24,393 nt of DNA from a virus. Its lineage: Duplodnaviria; Caudoviricetes. Position 1 is the first letter of the stretch. Every line of letters begins with the position of its first letter. Location of the stretch: IMG/VR virus record IMGVR_UViG_3300042387_000498, positions 1-24,393 of that record; one strand, given 5' to 3'. Both the position numbers and the translations under genes were made by a program. Under the pieces are notes generated by a model. The model made no database searches. It was not told the DNA's origin and worked only from the letters and a program-made list of their open reading frames with translations. Positions 6,358-13,971 of the stretch are shown here, piece by piece.

Positions 6358-6460
6358 CCCCGTTGGTAAGGGTCTTTAAATATGCCAACTGGTGCGGATG
6401 GGGTTTATAACTCCCGCCGAGTTTCCAATTTTCTCGTAATCAAAATTGGTGGCGTGCATG
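6356..6460 (+). ncRNA. Structured RNA, probably the cyanophage wcaG RNA motif or a relative
   Basis: GACCC/GGGTC stem whose loop GTTGGTA pairs with TGCCAAC, two UGGYG boxes (6390, 6450), and a CCAATTTT/AAAATTGG stem. Family name is from memory of the motif description, not a search. Confidence 0.6.
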
Positions 6461-6490
6461 TGCTCAGGGGAGTTTGACCACTCCCCACTT

Positions 6491-6562
6491 GCGGGATTAG
6501 TTCAGTGGTAGAACGTCAGCCTTCCAAGCTGAATGTCAGGGGTTCGAATCCCCTATCCCGCT
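6491..6562 (+). tRNA. tRNA-Gly(UCC)
   Basis: GCGGGAT/ATCCCGC acceptor stem, TCAGC-CTTCCAA-GCTGA anticodon arm, GGTTCGAATCC T arm. Confidence 0.95.
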
Positions 6563-6611
6563 TTCCCCTTCTGGGGATAAATAACCAAGTAGTTATAAAA
6601 CTTTACAAACT

Positions 6612-7451
6612 ATGATGATTCGTTCTATTATTGCTGCCACTGCTGTTGTTGCTACTACTGCTCCTGCTATGGCTGCTCCCCTGAGTGATGTTCAACCTAC
6701 TGATTGGGCTTATCAGGCAATTGTAAACCTTAATACCAAGTATGGTTGTCTGGTTGGTTTTCCTAATGGTACTTTCCGTGGTGGCGAACCTGCCACTCGT
6801 AATCAAATGGCAGCACTGGTAAATCACTGCCTGGATAACATCAGTGCTTTCCAAAGTGCAGAAGATGCTAAGCTTGCTGCTGCTCTTCGTGCTACTAATG
6901 GTCGTGTGACTGCTCTTGAAGTTGCTGCTGCACAAAAGGCACAAGGTGTTGGTAATTATCTTGGTGCTGGTGTTCTGCTGAATAAGCAGGGTGTTGATGG
7001 TAATGGTTACACTGAGAACCGTACTGTCTCTGGTGCCACTATTCAAGCACGTTATGCTGCCAAGACTTTCAGTAATCAAAATGCTGTTTCTGTTCGTCCT
7101 TATACCAACCTTGTAGGTACTCCTGCTGGACAGATCGGTGCTGGTGGTGGTGCTCTCCTTTCTTATGATTGGAGCATCTCTCGTGCCGCTTCTGGCGTGA
7201 GCCGTGCTAACATCTACACTGGTGTTGGTTATCAGATTCCTTTCGTGAACAACACTGCTGCTAACTATCAGTCTGCTGTTGGCGAGAAGGGCCAAGTTGT
7301 CCTCGCTCTAGGTGTTGAAGGTCGTCTGACCAACTCTCTAGTTGGTTTTGCTGATCTGAAGTTCCCCACCACCAACGCTGCTAACAGCTACGGTGCTACC
7401 AATGGCACCTATTCTCCTGTGTTCACCACTGGTCTTGGATTCAAGTTCTGA
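6612..7451 (+). CDS. SLH-domain outer-membrane protein (cyanobacterial porin-type N-terminus plus short beta-barrel)
   Basis: Signal peptide, then SDVQPTDWAYQAIVNL...YGCLVGFPNGTFRG..TRNQMAA (SLH of cyanobacterial porins). Amphipathic strands and a terminal GLGFKF follow. Confidence 0.85.
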   Translation: MMIRSIIAATAVVATTAPAMAAPLSDVQPTDWAYQAIVNLNTKYGCLVGFPNGTFRGGEPATRNQMAALVNHCLDNISAFQSAEDAKLAAALRATNGRVTALEVAAAQKAQGVGNYLGAGVLLNKQGVDGNGYTENRTVSGATIQARYAAKTFSNQNAVSVRPYTNLVGTPAGQIGAGGGALLSYDWSISRAASGVSRANIYTGVGYQIPFVNNTAANYQSAVGEKGQVVLALGVEGRLTNSLVGFADLKFPTTNAANSYGATNGTYSPVFTTGLGFKF

Positions 7452-7463
7452 TGTCCTGACAAT

Positions 7464-7499
7464 AGGGGGTTGACAAGACCCCCCTTTCTCCTATATACT
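7464..7499 (+). promoter_or_regulatory. Terminator-like hairpin with an overlapping sigma70 promoter for the hli-petF cluster
   Basis: GGGGGT-TGACAAG-ACCCCC then TTTCT. TTGACA 7470-7475 and TATACT 7494-7499 (18-nt spacer). Confidence 0.6.
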
Positions 7500-7524
7500 G
7501 GTGTTGTAATTCGTAATAAACTTA

Positions 7525-7719
7525 ATGACTGTAACAACAAATGATCGTGGTCAACAAAACATGTGGGCGAAAGAACCTACTATGTACTACCACAACTATG
7601 GTATGTTAACACCAAACGAACAAAAGGAGATGTATAATGGGCGCTGGGCAATGGTCGGTTTTGTTTCTGGTCTTGTTTCTTATTTGGTCACAGGTAATTT
7701 CTTCTTCGGGATCTTCTAA
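7525..7719 (+). CDS. hli: High-light-inducible protein
   Basis: MTVTT..GQQNMWAKEP N-terminus, EMYNGRWAMVG chlorophyll-binding motif and a TM helix. Confidence 0.92.
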   Translation: MTVTTNDRGQQNMWAKEPTMYYHNYGMLTPNEQKEMYNGRWAMVGFVSGLVSYLVTGNFFFGIF

Positions 7720-7806
7720 ATGACTGAATTAATTTTCACTGTAACCACTATTGCGTTCTTTGTGCTTCTCGCATATTCAATTAACAATCTATCTGATACA
7801 TTCTAA
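7720..7806 (+). CDS. 28-aa single-TM peptide (not in the ORF track)
   Basis: [28 protein letters not shown]; abuts the hli stop and overlaps the petF start (TAATG). Confidence 0.65.
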   Translation: MTELIFTVTTIAFFVLLAYSINNLSDTF

Positions 7807-8096
7807 TGACTTACACTATTACTTTGCAATCACCTGATGGCACTGAGAATGTTATTCAATGTGCTGAAGATCAATACATTCTTGAAGCTGCTGAAGAGGC
7901 AGGTGTAGATCTTCCTTCTTCCTGTCGTGCTGGTGCTTGTTCTGCTTGTGCAGGCAAACTCATCTCTGGCACTGTGGATAATGAGGAGCAATCGTTCCTT
8001 GATGATGATCAACTTGAAGATGGTTGGGTGCTAACCTGTGTAGCATATCCCACCAGTGATTGTGTGATCCTTACTGAACAGGAAGAGAATCTGTGA
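7806..8096 (+). CDS. petF: Plant-type [2Fe-2S] ferredoxin
   Basis: [16 protein letters not shown]...EQSFLDDDQ...VLTCVAYP. Confidence 0.97.
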   Translation: MTYTITLQSPDGTENVIQCAEDQYILEAAEEAGVDLPSSCRAGACSACAGKLISGTVDNEEQSFLDDDQLEDGWVLTCVAYPTSDCVILTEQEENL

Positions 8097-8305
8097 GTGC
8101 TGATATGCTTGGGCAATTCAATGTTGCCCTCCAAGAACTTGTTGAGAGTGGTGTGTGGGATCGAGATATTGAATTGGAAGTTAAAGTTGCTGGCACACTC
8201 AAGAGTGACAAGTTCATTGTTATTAAACCTGTAAAAGAAAAACTGGTTTGTAATCCAAATCTAGAACTCAAACAAAAACACATTTATCAAGGAGAACAAA
8301 AATGA
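8093..8305 (+). CDS. Hypothetical protein
   Basis: GTGA overlap with petF and ATGA overlap with the next hli. Confidence 0.7.
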   Translation: MSADMLGQFNVALQELVESGVWDRDIELEVKVAGTLKSDKFIVIKPVKEKLVCNPNLELKQKHIYQGEQK

Positions 8306-8421
8306 AATTTGGTTTTACCCCTGAGGCAGAGATCCTCAATGCACGTCTGGCAATGCTCGGTTTTGTCATTGCTGTTGGAACATATCTTACTACTGGGCAA
8401 ATTATTCCTGGAGTTCTTTGA
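8302..8421 (+). CDS. hli: High-light-inducible protein, short form (not in the ORF track)
   Basis: [39 protein letters not shown]; AGGAG SD at 8290-8294. Confidence 0.93.
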   Translation: MKFGFTPEAEILNARLAMLGFVIAVGTYLTTGQIIPGVL

Positions 8422-8424
8422 TTT

Positions 8425-8451
8425 AAGAGGGGTTAACACCCCTCTTTTTTT
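8425..8451 (+). terminator. Rho-independent terminator
   Basis: AAGAGGGGT-TAAC-ACCCCTCTT followed by a T run. Confidence 0.85.
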
Positions 8452-8455
8452 GTAA

Positions 8456-8463
8456 TATAAATA
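8456..8463 (+). promoter_or_regulatory. T4-type late promoter
   Basis: Exact TATAAATA, 27 nt before the structural gene ATG. Confidence 0.8.
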
Positions 8464-8490
8464 CCTAAAGGGAATTTTTTATACTATTCA

Positions 8491-10560
8491 ATGTCTAGAA
8501 TACTTGCAGATAAGGTAACTAATTACAATAACGATGGTCCTTTTGAAGCTGAAAAGGGTATCAATATTCCATTAGCGAGACCACTTCAAGTTAGTGGTAA
8601 CTCTGGTGTTTCTGGGCAATATTTGGTTAGCACTGGAGTTGGGTTAACTTGGGAAACATTTCCCGAATTATTCTCTGGTGATTATAATGATTTAGTAAAT
8701 AAACCTACACTATTTTCTGGTAGCTATAATAATCTTACAGATAAACCAGCAATTTTAAATATTAATCTAGGTGTTCCTGTAGCTAATCAATATTTAAGAT
8801 TTAATGGAACACAGTGGATTAATAGTGATTTACCTCCAATTTACGAATATGATTTATTGACATCATATAATGCTAATAATGGAGTTGTTGGTATTATATT
8901 ACAAGATCAATTCTTTGAACAAAAATCAATTTCTTTAGTTGGTAGTAATGGAATTGAATTGAGTACAACTTCTGGGGGTGATATTATAATAACATCCCCA
9001 GAAGTAGTTGAGTATGATGCAAATACTGCCAAGGATGATATTTCTGATATGTTCTTAAATGGAACTAATGTTGGTATATCTTATACATATAATCCAATCA
9101 CAAAAACAATTGATTCTTCAGTATCGTTAGCAGAACAATTGGTATATACATTGTCTGGATCTTCTGCTGAAGTAAATACGGCAAAAATTTATTTGGATAA
9201 TGGTACAGCAGAAAGTGGTTTTGTTAATATTGTTGGCACAAATGGAATTGATGTTGCTTGGAATATTGGAACTTCTACAATATCATTTTCTAAAACAGAT
9301 CCAGATCCATATGTATTGCCACCCGCAACTACAACTACATTAGGTGGAGTAATTCCAGATTCATCGGATTTTAGTATTGATAGTCTTGGTAATCTAACAG
9401 TAAACTTTCCATCCAGTGGAATTACTTTAAATGATTTATCTGTTGCTGCAGAACCAGTTGCTTCTGGAAATGGAAATTTATCCTACGATAATACTACTGG
9501 ACAATTTACATACACTCCCCCATCATTTTCTCTGGATGATTTAAACGATGTTGCTATTGTTGGTTCGGTTGTAAACCAAGTATTGCAATTTAATGGAACC
9601 AATTGGCAAAATACTTCCATAACTATACCAAGTGATATTGGTGATTTAACTGATGTTTCTTTATCAAATATTAATACTGGAGATATTTTACAGTACAATG
9701 GAATTTCTTGGTCAAATACGTCTTTGGATATTTCTACTTCTCCGATAGAAGAATTATCTAATGTTAATTCTAGATCAAATGATGATCCTGGTCAGATCTT
9801 ATTGTGGGGAGGAACTTCTTGGGATCCTGTAATTGGTAAACTAGAAAATTTTGATGTTAGTGGTCAAGCAATTAATGGACAAGTTCTTGTTTGGAATGGC
9901 ACTACCAATTTGTGGGATCCAACTACATTTACTGGTGGTGGGGGAGCTACTACTCTTGATGGATTGAGCGATGTTAGTGTCGGTGGAGCAAGCTCTGGTG
10001 ATTTTCTTTATTATAATGGAACAAATTGGACTAATACTACTATACCAGCAGTTCCACAATATCTTTCCGAGTTGTTAGATGTTTCTGATGCAGCTGCTAG
10101 CAATGGTTATGTACTAACATGGAATTCTACTGCAGCTGAGTGGCAACCTGCAGTGTCTGGTGCGTCACCTGGAGCAGGGTTGACTTCCAGAACAACAACA
10201 TTTGCAACAACATCATTAATTGCTGATGGCGATTATGATACTCCTAATATCAATGGATTTAAATCATATATGTTGATGAAAATTCAAACTAGTGCAGCAG
10301 CATGGGTAACATTATATTGTGATGATGATACTAGAACTGCTGATTTAACTAGATTAGAAACTACAGATCCAACTCCAGGTTCTGGTGTTATTGCTGAAGT
10401 TATTACAACTGGAGCAGAAACTATTCTAATGACTCCTAGTGTAGTTGGTTTTAATAATGATATTATTCCTGGAGCTAATATATATGCTAAAGTAGTTAAT
10501 AAGAGTGGAATTACTCAAGCAATTACTGTTACATTAACTCTCCTTCAACTAGAAGCATAA
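8491..10560 (+). CDS. Virion structural / fibre-like protein with repeats
   Basis: FSGxYNxLxxKP repeats, LPPATTTTLGGV, and several LxDV...GxxLx(Y/W/F)NGTxW repeats; under a late promoter. Confidence 0.8.
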   Translation: MSRILADKVTNYNNDGPFEAEKGINIPLARPLQVSGNSGVSGQYLVSTGVGLTWETFPELFSGDYNDLVNKPTLFSGSYNNLTDKPAILNINLGVPVANQYLRFNGTQWINSDLPPIYEYDLLTSYNANNGVVGIILQDQFFEQKSISLVGSNGIELSTTSGGDIIITSPEVVEYDANTAKDDISDMFLNGTNVGISYTYNPITKTIDSSVSLAEQLVYTLSGSSAEVNTAKIYLDNGTAESGFVNIVGTNGIDVAWNIGTSTISFSKTDPDPYVLPPATTTTLGGVIPDSSDFSIDSLGNLTVNFPSSGITLNDLSVAAEPVASGNGNLSYDNTTGQFTYTPPSFSLDDLNDVAIVGSVVNQVLQFNGTNWQNTSITIPSDIGDLTDVSLSNINTGDILQYNGISWSNTSLDISTSPIEELSNVNSRSNDDPGQILLWGGTSWDPVIGKLENFDVSGQAINGQVLVWNGTTNLWDPTTFTGGGGATTLDGLSDVSVGGASSGDFLYYNGTNWTNTTIPAVPQYLSELLDVSDAAASNGYVLTWNSTAAEWQPAVSGASPGAGLTSRTTTFATTSLIADGDYDTPNINGFKSYMLMKIQTSAAAWVTLYCDDDTRTADLTRLETTDPTPGSGVIAEVITTGAETILMTPSVVGFNNDIIPGANIYAKVVNKSGITQAITVTLTLLQLEA

Positions 10561-10575
10561 TAATATACAGAAAAG

Positions 10576-10608
10576 AAAAAAAAGACCGTTGATAGAAACG
10601 GTCTTTTC
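10576..10608. terminator. Bidirectional terminator between convergent structural genes
   Basis: AAAAGACCGTT-GATAGA-AACGGTCTTTT, with an A run on the left and a T run on the right. Confidence 0.85.
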
Positions 10609-10627
10609 AAAAATAATGCATAGATAA

Positions 10628-13600
10628 TTACGCTTGAGCTTCAGTCCAAGAGAAGCGAGCGTCGATATTTCGATTAGTGCCATCTAAATTGGTAACTCTT
10701 ACAGCAAGAACTTCTGGACCATCTGGGAAGATACCAGTTGGATTTGGTGCAGTTGATGTGGAATAAGAAGTTCCACCGCCACCAAGAATACAATTGGAAA
10801 TCTCTTTTACAGCAGATAGGTCATATGAGTTTACTCCATTATCGGAATAAAATCCATAAATTACCTCACCTCCAACAAGATCAGTGTTTGTTGATAGAAT
10901 TGAATATTGTGCTAGTGATGTTCCTCCTACATTAGACCAGTTGTTATTGGCATCTGGTCTTGGATTTAAAACTAGTTCAATAAAGAATTTACCAGTAGAT
11001 GAAATATCAACTTGTCTAAGAACAAGTTGCATTCTATTGATAAGTTCTCTAGTTCCAAAGTTTCCAGGTGTGCTATTATCAACTGATGGTGCTACACGAA
11101 GAGCAATAATAGCTCTAGTTGATCCTGAAGTAATAGAACGCTGTGTTTTTGAACCAACTGTATAAACATAAGCACGGTCATCATCATAACGACCTTCCAT
11201 GATAACCGATGATCCCCAGTGACTAATTTGTGGAACTGAAGTTGCTCTTAACAGTTCTAAGGTAATTGGTTGTGTAACACTAAATGTAAATGTTTGTGCT
11301 GCTCCAGCGCCAAGTGGAGAGAATACAACACCAGTTGGGTTTGCTGCTGTTACTGCTTTGCTGAGAACAATATTTGTGCCAGAAATAGAATGAACAAAAG
11401 TATCATCTGGAATATTTGGACCTACTACAATCTGTCCTTTTTGAATACCAGTACCAGAACTTACTGTTCCAGTAGAAGAACCAGAAGCGATTGTCAAGTT
11501 AACGCCAGTCGCTCCTGCTCGCTCTCTAGTAACCCCAGTAAATGAACCACTTTCAGCAACTGCTAATGGAGATAGAGCAGAACCAGTTGCTGTGGTCAGT
11601 GAAATTGGAGTTGAACTACCAGCAACTGTGGTGATTGTAAATGTAGTAGAGCTTGGAACTGAAGCAACATAATAAGTTTTTTCAGCAACGATATTTGAGA
11701 ATGGTCTATCAAATGTAATTGTTTGAGAGCCACCTGGAACTAATCCAGTAGTAGAAGCAACACTAATAGTATTTCCAGCACCATCTACAGATGTGATATC
11801 TTGTTGGAATGAAGATGTTCCTGTATAGTTGATATATTCTATGACACCAGCGGTTGAGCTAGTGGTTTGTTTAACTCTTAGTGTGCCTGATGATGGGAAA
11901 TCATATAGAGATTTGTCGGTATAGATTGTTGTATCAGCAGATCCAATAGATTTAGTTGCTTTGGTAAATGGAGGGAACGTATTAACTTCATAACGAGCAG
12001 GTAAGTTACCAGATCTCATATATGCTTCTGTGTTGAAGTTGTTGTTGGGAATCTTATGTGCATAGATTACGTTACCATCGGTAGCTCTAAATCCCCAGCG
12101 AATAAATCCAGCACCATACCATGAATAATCCATGTAGAACATCTGCATTCTGGTCACGTCTAGATCGTAACCAGATTTACCAGTGCCATCACAACGATCA
12201 ATATTCCACTCATCTTGGAACCATTCTACTTCTTGTGTTTTAGAAACAGGAACATTGCTAGCAGAAGGACCACGATAATCAGGGAAGATTACCATTTGAG
12301 TATCGGAAATAATACCATCTACACGATACGAAGAACCACGAATTACAACATAATCACCTGGAGTTAATTGGCGAGAGAACTTAGTACCTTGTCCATTTGG
12401 AGTTGTGTAACTTGAAACAAGTGAGCTACCAGTGGTCACAGTTACCTTACCAGACAACTGATAAGTAGAAGATCTACGAACAACACTAAGATGACCATTA
12501 GCATAGCGAAAGAAGATTCCGTTTTGCTGGTCCATCATACCAATTTCAAGTTTACAACCAAAAGAATTAACTGGAGAAACAGTATAATTGCCAGAAGCAG
12601 TTGATTCTTGTGGTGTTGATGTTGCTGTGTACTGGAATGTGTATGGATCAATTACATTTGATACTTGGAACTGACCATTATAGTTATTGTCATTTACTCC
12701 ACGAACATCGACAATCGTATCTCTTGTTAAGTTATGAGCAACAGCACATACAACAGTAACTGTATTACCAGAAGCTGTAATGCTATCAATGTTTTCTACT
12801 GCAGGAGCAAGGATAGAACCAGTTGAGAATGCTACACCTTTACCTGATTGATAACGGAAGTAACGCTTGGTTTGGCGAATTGCTGTTTGGTTTTTTGAAA
12901 ATGTATTGGTAGAGAACTTTACCCCACCATCAAATGCTCTGTGAATTGAGTTACCTTGTGGTCTTGGATAAAGTTTTTTAGTTCCAGAGTTGATTGATCC
13001 TGAAGGAGCAGCGTCTGGAAAATAATAGAATCTGGTTGGCGATTCTACTCTCGCCACTACCCAAGAACCGTTGACGTTAGTACCAGAAGATCCAGTAACA
13101 GCAATTTCGTTTCCTACTTCCAGACCATGAACGTTAGTACAATCAACTTGTACTGCACCTAACATGGTTCCTGTTCCTGCAGTAAAAGTAATATTTCCTC
13201 CAATTTCAGAACCACTATAATGTACGCCGATGTAAATAGCAGTTCTTGAAGCATCAAAAATACCACCATTACCAGCAGTCCAAGGGAAAGAAGCAGTATA
13301 TTTGAATGTACTTTGTGCTCCCTGTACGCTATCCACAATGAATACACCATTAGCACCAGGGAAATCAGTATCCTGTACGAAGATTGCTGAACCTGCTGCT
13401 GGTAAAGCAGTTATTAAAGTGTTAACAGAAACAGTAACAACTTTACTATTTGTAGTTACTTGGATATCAGTAACAGCAAGAGGATCATCACCCTTATAAG
13501 CAAAAGGATTGTTATTGATCATTGCCAATCCTTCCCATTTAGTGCTCTGGGTTCCATATTCAAAGTCAGTATCCATCTGAGATTGAGGAGTAGAAACCCT

Positions 13601-13927
13601 CATCTTGTTCACAGCATCATGGTATGATTCTGATGGTTGAATTGTCTCTTCAAAATCATCATAGACAATTTGCAGTTTGTCTGTGGATGACATTGAAGTG
13701 GTATCATATGCCAATGTTACTCTTGTAGTAGTAACGTTACGAATATCTGTAGCAATTTGATATTCTGTAGCAGTAAGTTCTGGGTCTGAGAAGTTATAGA
13801 TTACCTTGTTATCGGTAACGTTAGTAATCAATACAAGTTTTTCTCTAGTAATACCACCAGGAATAACAACTCTTCTATTCGCTGGATCAAAGATGTAGTA
13901 ATTGTTTAGAATGGATTTTCTCGCCAT
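10628..13927 (-). CDS. Large virion structural protein (1099 aa)
   Basis: Thr/Ser/Gly-rich beta-type protein with repeated HGL/HNL...FxY modules, RQTKRYFRYQSGKG and DYSWYGAG. GAGG SD and AATAAATA upstream. Confidence 0.8.
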   Translation of the reverse strand: MARKSILNNYYIFDPANRRVVIPGGITREKLVLITNVTDNKVIYNFSDPELTATEYQIATDIRNVTTTRVTLAYDTTSMSSTDKLQIVYDDFEETIQPSESYHDAVNKMRVSTPQSQMDTDFEYGTQSTKWEGLAMINNNPFAYKGDDPLAVTDIQVTTNSKVVTVSVNTLITALPAAGSAIFVQDTDFPGANGVFIVDSVQGAQSTFKYTASFPWTAGNGGIFDASRTAIYIGVHYSGSEIGGNITFTAGTGTMLGAVQVDCTNVHGLEVGNEIAVTGSSGTNVNGSWVVARVESPTRFYYFPDAAPSGSINSGTKKLYPRPQGNSIHRAFDGGVKFSTNTFSKNQTAIRQTKRYFRYQSGKGVAFSTGSILAPAVENIDSITASGNTVTVVCAVAHNLTRDTIVDVRGVNDNNYNGQFQVSNVIDPYTFQYTATSTPQESTASGNYTVSPVNSFGCKLEIGMMDQQNGIFFRYANGHLSVVRRSSTYQLSGKVTVTTGSSLVSSYTTPNGQGTKFSRQLTPGDYVVIRGSSYRVDGIISDTQMVIFPDYRGPSASNVPVSKTQEVEWFQDEWNIDRCDGTGKSGYDLDVTRMQMFYMDYSWYGAGFIRWGFRATDGNVIYAHKIPNNNFNTEAYMRSGNLPARYEVNTFPPFTKATKSIGSADTTIYTDKSLYDFPSSGTLRVKQTTSSTAGVIEYINYTGTSSFQQDITSVDGAGNTISVASTTGLVPGGSQTITFDRPFSNIVAEKTYYVASVPSSTTFTITTVAGSSTPISLTTATGSALSPLAVAESGSFTGVTRERAGATGVNLTIASGSSTGTVSSGTGIQKGQIVVGPNIPDDTFVHSISGTNIVLSKAVTAANPTGVVFSPLGAGAAQTFTFSVTQPITLELLRATSVPQISHWGSSVIMEGRYDDDRAYVYTVGSKTQRSITSGSTRAIIALRVAPSVDNSTPGNFGTRELINRMQLVLRQVDISSTGKFFIELVLNPRPDANNNWSNVGGTSLAQYSILSTNTDLVGGEVIYGFYSDNGVNSYDLSAVKEISNCILGGGGTSYSTSTAPNPTGIFPDGPEVLAVRVTNLDGTNRNIDARFSWTEAQA

Positions 13928-13971
13928 TACTTAGTGCCTCTAAAATAGATAATTCTTGCTTTATCTATTTA

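Noticed and set aside
6603-7295. 230-aa antisense ORF
   Set aside because: Shadow of the SLH protein gene caused by its codon bias; no recognisable motif.
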